From Chrysomallon squamiferum (lineage: Eukaryota; Animalia; Mollusca), in the NCBI GenBank assembly GCA_012295275.1, contig CM022665.1, positions 9,362,001 through 9,426,000 of the forward strand: a DNA stretch of 64,000 nt, given 5' to 3'. The translations under genes were made by a program, and so were the position numbers. The notes below the pieces were generated by a model. It searched no databases. It was not told the origin of the DNA and was given only the letters and a program-made list of their open reading frames with translations. This document shows positions 13,922-24,300 of this stretch, one piece after another (within the stretch, counting starts at the first letter, position 1; every line of letters starts with the position of its first letter).

Positions 13922-16900
13922 AAGCAAAAGTAATTAATTTGAACATTTGTTGTATATGACCAGTTACAAAAAAAAAAAAAAAAAAAAATCATGAACATAG
14001 AATAACATGAATTTTTGGCATGGAACACTTACTGATGATTTGTCACTATTAAGTTCAGATGAATCAGGCTGAAAAGTAACATTTTAATAATCATAGCTGT
14101 GTTTATTAATATGAGCCAACTAAAATCTTGCTTTGTTGTAAAATAAATACTGTGCAAGTACACATTAAGACATAGGCTACTTTCCAACATTTAATTATGA
14201 CTTTATTATTAATATTTTAAGTTAAACTAGTGTTCAGATCCACGAAAAATTAGGTCACTTGAATAATTTTGGATGAAAAGTATTGTGATTGTTTTACTTA
14301 AGAATATTCCTATCTTACTGAAAATATAAAATCAAATAAACAAGATTCAGCTTTTGAAATCCACTGATTCCTAGAGAGAGTAACAAAATAATTGACTTAA
14401 AGCTGCTGAGATAGAGTTATAAAAACAAAAATAGAACTGTTTGTAAGAAATACTTACTATTGATGTGGGAGGAGCCTCAGATATTGAAGTAGCCTGAAAA
14501 GTAACATTTCATTAATAATTGTATAGAGTCTTCATGCCACTTTATCCATTATTTGTCATTTTTAATTGCATTAAAAAAAGAAGAAGAACGAACTAAAGAA
14601 ATTAACTTTTAAAAATATTTGTGTATGCTTGAGTGACTAGAAATACTTTTGTAAAATCTTCTTTAATATTAAATTCATTACAAAGGATTCTTGATGAATG
14701 TTTGTGTCATGTGTGTGGGTGGGTGGGTGTCTGTGTGCATACATGCAAACTTACTGCAGATCGAGAATAAGACTTGATAAGTGATTCAGTCTGAAAAACA
14801 ATATTTTAATAACAACTATGCAGATTTATACAATAAATTATAAAAATTTCAAGACTGTGTAACATTAGAACACACCAAAGTAAAGTTTTATTTATTGTTA
14901 CATATATATATAATTCTCCATATAATTCTCCAATCTTTTAAAAATTATATACTTTATAAAATCAAATACTTGACAATATTTACAACAACTAATGTTTAAT
15001 GAAAGCCCAAGTCCTTAATTAACTAATAGAATTTGTGAATCAAAGCACTTACTATAGCTTTTGTGGAAACATTGGCTCCTAAACCAGACTGAAAAACAAC
15101 ATTTCAGTAAGAACACATAAGTTTTGTAAACAATAAAAATATCTATCCACAATACAAATCAATAAAACATTTCTTAAATTACCATAAATTAGCAAATATT
15201 TTTATTATTGTAAGAAGGACAAATAATATAAAATGAAGTTAATGAAAATATTCAGTTAAAACAAATAGTTTTAAAAAGCAATATAAATATGTTACAATAT
15301 TTGTTTGATTATTAACACAGGCAGAACATTACAGAAATACATGCACTTACTTTAGTGATTGAGTGAGACTTTGATCTTAACCCAGTCTGAAAAATAACAT
15401 TTCAGTTTTATTTCTCCGCACTGATAATAACTAAACAGACCCATCAATTTTATAAATTAAAAAAAAAAAAAAAATCTATATATTATAAATAATAAAATAT
15501 CTATATAACCACATATACAAATACATTTATACAGATCAATTAGGTATTTCTTACATTATCTCGTTAGCTTTTGAAGGAACTGCCTGTAGATATAAACAAT
15601 TATTTTTATTATTATAAACTTTGAAGGACCACCAAAACAAAACAATAAAGAAATAAAGAAAGAAAGAAAGAAAGAAAGAAAAAAATGTTACTCTAAAATG
15701 TACAATCATTAACAATAATGTGATTACAAGTATGTCATAATATTTTCAGTAATCAGTGATTAATTTAAATATTTCTTTATTAACTGAGGTTGAACTTGTT
15801 TATCAAAATGCTTACTTTAGGTTGAGAGTGGGCCTTGATACCTGATCCAGCCTGAAAAATATTTCATTAATAACTAAAGCAAACAAACACAACAACAAAA
15901 ATCTCTTCAGTTTTATAAATAATAAAATATCTATCAACATGCATATACAAACACCTGAATGAGTAAGACATTGCTTGAGGATATTTACAAATATTTACAT
16001 TGTTATAAATTTAACAAAAACCAAGAAACAAACAAATAATAATAATAAAAAAAAACATAATTTAAGTATGACACAATATTTTCAGTAATCAATGATTAAA
16101 TTAAGTATAATATGCCATGACCTACTGAGGTGGAACTTGTGTATCAGAATACTTACTTTAATGTTTGAATGAAACCTGATACCCGAAACAGCCTGAAAAA
16201 TATTCAATATTATTATTTTTGTTTTTTGTTAAAAAAAAGCATCAATTTTATAAATAACAAAATATCTACACCTATATAAACCAATCAGGTATTTGTAAAG
16301 TTAAACTGAGCATATTTACAAATGTTTGTGTTATTAAAAGGTTAATAAAGACCACAATAAATAAATAAATAAATAAATAATAAAAATAAAAAGAAAGAAA
16401 ACCAAAAAATAAAAATATATTGAAACAGTTTACAAAAATAACATGCTGATAATTAAAACTATTTAATAATATTTTTTGTAATCAATGATTAAGTAATAAT
16501 TTTATGATTAACAAAAACTGAACATATGAAAGCACTTACTGTGGTTTGAGGGTGAACCTTTGTACCTGGTCCAGACTGGAAAAAAAAGAAAAGAAAAAGA
16601 AAGATCAAGGAAAAGTACTAAATTAAAATATACTATTAAAAAATGATAATAATAATAATAATAATAAAAAAATAACAATAATGAAATTATGAACAGGTAA
16701 TTAAACTCTCATGATATTTGCATAAATAAATCTAAATTTCTTGATTAATTTAGTGGAATTTGTGTGGAATCAAAGCACCTACTTTAATATGAGAAGGAGT
16801 CTTGGCACTTGAACCAGGCTGAAAAATAACATTTCAATAATAACCCCACACACCTAATTTTTGAATGTAAAAAACCAAAAACAAAACAAAAAACAAATTA

Positions 16901-18063
16901 AAAAGTATAAACATTTGACAAATTAATAAATATTTTGTACAAGAGTATAAACAAATTATTTCGTCAAATACTTTATTAAAAGATCTGAAATTATACCTAC
17001 CTCTCATTTTTATTGATATTAATTATTATTAATTTGGACACAAAAGGGGATAAAAAAAAAAAAAGAAAGGCAAAGAGAATGATCAAGAAAAAGAACTAAA
17101 TTAAAAATATGCTATCAAAAAAAAAAAAATATATATATATATATAATAATAATAATGAAATTATGAACAGTAATTAAACTGTCATGTTTCGTTAAATAAA
17201 TATAAATTTCTTGATTAATTTAGATTGAATATCTATGGAATAAAAGCACTTACTTTAATATGAGGATGAACCTTGATTCCCGAACCAGTCTGAAAAATAA
17301 CATTTCAATAATAATCCTACAGACCTTATTTTCTTTAGTTCTTTCTAAGTTTCTGGATGTAAAATAAACAATTTAAAAATAATAAAAAACAAAATTTAAA
17401 AATTTAAAAAAATTAAAACATTAATAGAAATTAATAAATATTTTGTACAAGAATATAAACAAATTATTTTGACAAATACTTTATTAAAATACCTGAAATT
17501 ATACTTGACTACTTTTTATTGATATAATTTATTATTAATTTGGACAAACAAAAAGAACAGAAAAATGATGTTTCAGAAATATTCTTCTCTAAATATATAT
17601 ATGCATGTGATTAGAACTACTTATTAATAGTACTTACAAAATTCAGTCAAGGAGTATTTTTTAATTAGTGAAAATTCAATATATATTTTACTGTATTACC
17701 AGTCTTTTAACTTGATTTAATTTTTAATTAATGGCAATATAACATTATTGTACTTTATCATTAGATTCAAATTAAACTATAACCTGAAAATAAAAAAAAA
17801 TTAATTTTGGTTATTTGTTTGTACAACCATAAATAAAGATGTAACCAATAAAATCAGTGGCAATTGCCAGTAGCCTTCATCTTTACTAAAAAAAAAATTA
17901 AAACATGTCTCCAAAGTGATTGTGCTAAATTATTTATTTCAATGTAGAGAATTCCCTTCCTACTCCAACATTATTAATACAACAGTAAAAGAAACAACAG
18001 AAGAGTCTTTAACAAAGAATTACTTACATGGGTTTTATTAACTGGACTCCCAGGTGATTTAGT
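12942..18063 (-). CDS. Array of 13 symmetric (phase 0-0) micro-exons encoding a S/T/G/K/H/P-rich 12-aa repeat region
   Basis: In transcription order: 18063-18028 TKSPGSPVNKTH; 17289-17254 TGSGIKVHPHIK; 16818-16783 PGSSAKTPSHIK; 16575-16540 SGPGTKVHPQTT; 16192-16157 AVSGIRFHSNIK; 15851-15816 AGSGIKAHSQPK; 15386-15351 TGLRSKSHSITK; 15088-15053 SGLGANVSTKAI; 14790-14755 TESLIKSYSRSA; 14493-14458 ATSISEAPPTSI; 14068-14033 PDSSELNSDKSS; 13533(or 13557)-13507 (DTLDTTVQ)PETTKSRAK; 12995-12942 PNSRTKALPEAHSETFSD. All have GTAAGT/GTAAGC/GTAGGT donors, and all but the 13507 exon have a TTTT(C)CAG-type acceptor. None has a stop in phase 0. Confidence 0.8.
13870..13918. repeat. (AC)n microsatellite
   Basis: Read directly. 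Confidence 0.95.
15440..17550. repeat. Tandemly duplicated ~340-480 bp exon+intron units carrying the micro-exons
   Basis: About 16603-17040 aligns by eye with about 17081-17545 (shared GATCAAG..AACTAAATTAAAA, AATGAAATTATGAACAG, AATTAATAAATATTTTGTACAAGA). The blocks TTTTATAAATAATAAAATATCTA and AATATTTTCAGTAATCA recur in the 15.5-16.5 kb introns. Confidence 0.8.
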
Positions 18064-18141
18064 CTGAAAATAAAAATGTGTATTATTATTCAAAGAGCTA
18101 ATAGTGATTTGAATAATCCTGTGCTGCTCAACAGTGACAAA

Positions 18142-18184
<43 letters not shown>

Positions 18185-19604
18185 GGCTTAATTTTTTTTT
18201 TTTTTGGAGTGTGTTATTTTCAAATGATGTAGGAAGATAATTAAATGAAATGTTGTCACTTTTCACTAGCAGATACGGAGCTTGTTCTATGGATCTCTAT
18301 ATCCGGAGTGGTTATCTAAAAACCCCACACTTCTTGGCAGTGCAATGGTAAATATTTTAACATTCTGTATAATACTAAGTAACATACATTTATTCTGGTA
18401 AATGTAACATCATGGATTTTTCAGTAACAAATATCTAATTCAATCCCTATTAAAAGGTTTAATTCTAATTTCTGTGATATTATAAGAAAGGCACTGAAAA
18501 ATGCTGCACTTCGTATACTAACTGCACCACACTTATTAGACTGTATTGGGTTTACACAAATCTGAATTCCATTTGACATGTTTAACCAAGGAAATAGTGG
18601 GAATCTTAAACAAGCTTGTCCTAGAAAATACACTGCCTACATTTTTGCAGTAAGAAACTACTTCTCAGATGATCTCAATAAATGTGACTGTTTTTACATC
18701 TCTGATTTGCTGCATATAGCCAGTGTATATTTTTAATTAGTGTTCATGAAACAACTGAATATGAAATAAAATTTATATTTAATTCTGCAAATACAAAAGT
18801 ATAGTTTCAAGGGTGGCACGAGGCATGATGGTATGGGTGCTATATATGGGCTGATATGTTATGTAATATACTGTTACAGCATTTATGGGATCATGTAATA
18901 TTTATGTCATGAAGCTGTGTACCGCTTAAAAGTTACATGTAATGTACTAATGCAGCTAATTAGTTATAATAACAAATATTTTCATTATTATTATTATTTT
19001 TATTTTATATCATTATACGCTGTTTAATATGTCATTTTAATATTTGTTACATTTTCGTTTTATAAAAAGGCACATATGTGTGTTTACAAATACACGCACA
19101 CATACACACAGTATGAAAGACACAGAGGGTGACGGTGAGAAAGAAAATGAGCGTATAAATAGTTTAACTGAATGTGTATACAAGAACAAGTTTGGAAAGT
19201 TAATAAAATATGAATATATACGATAAGTACTATTAATAAAAATGTATTGGTACATACTAGACACAAAGCTTGCTTTTATTTTACCATCTGTTAATAATCT
19301 TCACATATATATATGTTACATTACATACAAACAAAGTGTGTATTGTTGCAATGCAGTCTGTTATCTTTCGTTTGATTAATTGATCGCCTACTAAGCTACG
19401 TGATTGATTTTGCTGGAGAATAATTTCAATCATTTTAATTTAAAGCCATTTCTCCTAGTATTTGTTTATTATGCTAGCAGTATACGAAAAAAATGCAAAA
19501 TAAAAGCATTTCATTGTCAATACAGTGATATATGTAAGAATTGTAAGGTGCTACGATAAACTGCAATGATAAATGCTTTGTGACACTAATATGAAATGAT
19601 AGAT

Positions 19605-19860
19605 CCCCGTTGTCACGCGGAAGTTTGGCAACAACACCGACTGTGAGTATTTATAGCAAAACTTCAATTATGGACTTAAAAAGTAAAATGATATTTTCTT
19701 GGTGCAGAATAAACGAAGCATTACCTGTCAGTTTTGTGTTTTGTTTTGATTTTTCTCACAAAACCAAACAACTATTTACATCCCAAAATATAAACAAAAT
19801 AATTGTCTTTGTCAGCCATATATTTTGATAATTGGCCTTAAATTTAATCACGTGACACCC
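19605..19860. promoter_or_regulatory. Putative promoter / non-coding first exon region for the minus-strand micro-exon/profilin locus
   Basis: E-box TCACGTGAC 19848-19856, CCAAT on the minus strand 19831-19835, YY1-like ATATGGCTG (minus) near 19813-19821, minus-strand donor ACAG|GTAATG at 19725/19724, Ets core CGGAAGT 19618-19624, plus-strand donor ACT|GTGAGT at 19642/19643. Motifs only. Confidence 0.35.
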
Positions 19861-20820
19861 CCAAATTACAAGCATCAACATTATTTGTGTCAAAAAGAAA
19901 GAAAGAAAGAAAGAAAAGAAAAGAAAAGAAGAGAAAGTTAGAAAAATGAAAGATTAAAGGAAAACAAGTAAATCACTTTATTTACCATTATTCCCAATTT
20001 TTAAAATCTGATAATTTTTAACCTAACAATAATTATATATATACTAAAATAATTGAATTATTAGTAGAAATAATTACTAATAAATTCTTTCTCCACACAC
20101 ACACACACACACACACACACATCCATATGAATTATATCGCATACAAATACAAAGAAAAATAAATTTTTAAAAAGTGAATGCCTTACAAATTTCTGAACAA
20201 TTTATGTTAACATAAAACTGTAATAAATATTCAGGAAGCGATATACATGAATATGTTATGTTTTTAAAATTAAATATTGAACCATAACGTTTTTTAATTA
20301 TTCCAAAATTCAGCATTTCATTTACTGTTAATAAACAAACAAACAAACAAAAAAATAAATATTTTCCAAATAATAATAATAATAATAATAAATAATATAA
20401 CAATAATAATAAGAATTATTACCTTTATTAAAAGAAGGATATGTAATATAAAATGTAATTTATAATATACCAGTTGCAAGAACGAGAAAAATGGTTAGTA
20501 CAGAAAAGTGTGAACAAAACAAATATCGAAAGAAAAATAAACAATCACTTAAAATAATAAAGTATATGATTTATACTGATTTCAGATAATTAGCAATTAA
20601 CTGAAGTAGCTTTTTGAAAAATCTTACCAACACATACTGTACTATTTAAAAATAATGAAAAGAGAATTATTGAAAAGAAACCAATAAAATAAATTAATAT
20701 TAAGCTGTTACCATGTTGCTGGGTTTTTCTTTCAGTCTTTCTTTCTTTCTTTTTTTTTCTTCTAAATAATAATAATTATTTTATGATTATTCTTTTGTTG
20801 TTGTTGTTCAATAATAATTA

Positions 20821-20890
20821 GTCCCGCCCCTTAACAGTTGACCCTTGACCCGTTTCTATGTGACGTTGTTAGTATACAATATGGCGGACA
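20821..20890 (+). promoter_or_regulatory. Putative FAM228 proximal promoter (GC box, X-box-like and YY1-like motifs)
   Basis: CCCGCCCC at 20823-20830, GTTTCTATGTGAC and GTTGTTAGTATAC at 20852-20877, AATATGGCGG at about 20878-20888, all 110-170 nt upstream of the ATG at 20997. Confidence 0.45.
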
Positions 20891-20996
20891 GCTCTGTGTT
20901 ACAAATATGTATAAAATTGTAACCGATAGCTATTTTTCGGATTTTTAAAAAAGAAACTATTAAAGTGGAAATTTGTCAGAATTAAACTGTTTTAAA

Positions 20997-21267
20997 ATGA
21001 CATCCCTGTTATGTGTGAAACATTTAGGAGGTAATGTACAAGTTCATAAGCCAAAGGAAGCTGTGCCAGTCGAAGAAGATGATTCGTACAAACACGTAAG
21101 TGATTCACAGTTGAAACGGTTTACACCCAGGAATATGTTAACTTGAATAAAATTTGTTAGCGTTGATAAAATGCTTCAGAAAGTTTGTTTTCTTCAAATG
21201 AAATGTATCTATCAAACATGAATTATAACAAACATCAGTTGTATACGTTACTTACACATTTATTTAA

Positions 21268-21304
<37 letters not shown>

Positions 21305-24300
21305 AAATAAATAATAAATTAAATAATAAATTATTGTATTTTTCATAACAGTATCCAGTGTGTGTGTGGTGAATGGCTAAACTATCTGCCTTTTGCTGCT
21401 ATTTCATCATACAAGGATATTATATGTCATATATAACATATTATTTTTTAAAAATATCATTCTTCATAAAAGTTTATAAAAATAAGTAAATAGTGAAAAT
21501 CAAGTTATCTTTCAAACTGTATTAAATATTTCATTTGTAAGTTACCAGCATTCTACTTTAGAACTAAGTAAATATTTTGTTTCACAGTATCTGATGACTG
21601 ATCTTTTGGCAAATGTTTCTTTCTTTTTATTAATTTTTTGTTTGCCATATTGTGTGAATCTTCAGTATTTTAATGTTTTCAGTTAATTTTTTATTTTATT
21701 TCTGACCTCTTGAACTTTATCACACAAATTAGGTTACTAAACTGTATACGCTGAAAATACACACACAAACATAATTAAAATTGTTCAATAATTTTTACTT
21801 TAAAATATATTTGTTTCAGTTTATAATCAGAAGTAAAAAGTCTAAAAGTCACCCTGGATCATCTAAATACAGCCTTTCAGAAGCAACAAAAAGTCCGAGT
21901 AGTAATTCCTTTAGAGTGCAAGACTGGTTGAGTGAAAAGTCAATTAAGGATTTGCAGGTTAAAATGCTACTTTTACATCTATTAAGTGAAATTCATGCTA
22001 ATTTTGTATATATTGAGATTTTAATTTATTTTAAAAAAAAAAAAAAAATTTTATTATTCATTTATATATTTTTAAATGTATTATTGTAATTTTTTTTGTT
22101 TGTTACTGTATTGTGGAAAAAAGCTGATGATATATTTTTTTACCTGTTGTTTTATTTAACTTTTTTGATATCATACTTTAGAAATTATAATATTATTTTA
22201 AAAGTACTTTAGAAATTATAATATTATTTTAAAAGTAGGCTACATGTCAGTATGGGTTATTTTTAATTATTAATTTCAGGAAAGATCTGATGACGAATCC
22301 AAATCAGCTAAAAAGCTTTATAATCCCATACTTGAGACAGAAAAAACATTTGTACAGGTAAGATAAAAATACGGGAAAAGATTATTGTATAAATAGATGC
22401 TGCATAATTGGTAAGTAAAATATTGTTTGGATTGTAATATTTTCTTTGAAGGAATGAGAAGTTATTTTGTCTGTGTTACTGGGGGGGGGGGTATTTGGAA
22501 AAAATATAAAGTGCATTTTATTGTTTCATATAATTATTTTTAGAAAATAAACATTTTTACATTTATTTCATATTGTGACATCTTAATGACACAGTGTATT
22601 TGCTAAAGTAGAATAATAATTTTTAAAATTTGTAATATACTATATTGCAGGATTTAGACAATTATGTACAATATGAAGATTTACTAGCTTTAAGAAAAAA
22701 AGAGCTTTTGCACAAACGATGGACAGATAAAGTGTATGAACCTCTAAGAAGGGAGATCATTAAGGTGATGGACAGTTGCAGATGGCAGGATGTAGACAGA
22801 AGAAAACGAATATTGCATAAGCAGTTCTTGGAATTTGTGAATGAAAAGGTGAATATTTATGTACACATATTACTATATACAAATTCTACAACATTAATAT
22901 GTAGAAACGTTTATTTTTCTTTATGCCATTTAAACGATATTTTTAATGTTAGCATTTTAACATTTATTTAGAGATTAAAAAAATAAAAAAATATTGGAAA
23001 CAATTTTAAATGACTGGAAGTTGACTGCTTTCAGTACAGTTATTAGATGCACATAATGTAAACTATTTGTATGTAATTATATTTGATGTTTTTCTTATTG
23101 TCTATTTTAGGGACATATTTTCCTTGAAACATTAAATCCACAAGAGTATTATGCCCAGTCCCTCAATGGTTACAGACCAGCACCTATCAAGGTATATTTT
23201 ATAATATCATAACCATTTTGTTTCAGTATTTTTCTAATAACAATAACTTACCTCCAAATTATTTCATTTGCAAGTCTGAAACTAAAAGAAAAAAAGAATT
23301 ATAAACAGCATATATAATGTTTTATGTAATGTGCTAAAAAGCAAAGGTGACAGCACAGTAATGTTTATCTTTTCTCTGTGTTCACAATTAAATACCATGA
23401 ATAATTACAGGAAATACTGATGATAATATGAAAGTATGTCATCAGGTTTGCTCTCTAACACTCTCTACATTTGTAACTGTTCATATAAAATATGTCAAGG
23501 TAATGATTTACACCATTCATTCATTCTATCTTTAAAACTACAGGTAGAGGTAAACAGACTTCAGGATCCACTCATATCACAGAGTAGAGAGCGATACCAG
23601 GAGGACAGAACCATTCTGCAGTGTCTGACTGGGGAGAGGTTCACTGATGAAGATATTGAACAGGTTCGGATGCCTCTTGAGCCATTAGTTCCCCTGGGAA
23701 GAAAAGATGGAAACAGTCAGTCCTGGTTGTCTATGCCTCTTTGTGACATTGAGAGTCCAGCAAGGCGAGCAAGCAGGTAAAACAGTGTTTGTTTTCTTTC
23801 TCAATTTCCTATAATGATTTTAAAATATGCAAGGAGAAGATTGTGATAACTTTACTTTTAGAATAAGATATTTTATGAAAATATATTTAAGGTAAAAAAA
23901 AAAAAAAAAAAAAAAAGTAAAAAACTATTAAGTGTTTGGAGACTTATGACTACTGGCATTGTTTGCCAAAAATAAATGCTGGAGGAAAGTTTGATCTGCT
24001 TAAAAGTCCTCCAATTAATAAAAAATTGTTTTGCCTTTCTATCTGTCAGTGTCTGTCTGTCTCTCATTGTCTGTCTGTCTCTATCTATCTATCTATCTAT
24101 CTATCTGTCTATCTCTATTTACCTGTCCCTCTATCTATATATGTATCTATCTTTCTTTCTACGTTTCTGTCCTCAAAAAATATTATGCCCATGCTTATGA
24201 CATTAGTTTTTTGCTTTTGATAAGCAGTATATATGTTTTTGATTTTATTTAGTGGTGACAATCAAATTAAAAAATTTTCTGTAATATATTGTGTTGATTC

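Noticed and set aside
15555-15583. Possible additional micro-exon (CTACAG|29 nt|GTAAGA on the minus strand)
   Set aside because: 29 nt is not a multiple of 3, it lacks the conserved flanking motifs, and it sits in sequence that is intronic in the sister units.
14033-18063. CRISPR-like look: constant 36-nt variable segments between conserved flanks
   Set aside because: The flanks are spliceosomal donor and acceptor motifs separated by hundreds of bp of intron. The context is eukaryotic and there are no cas genes.
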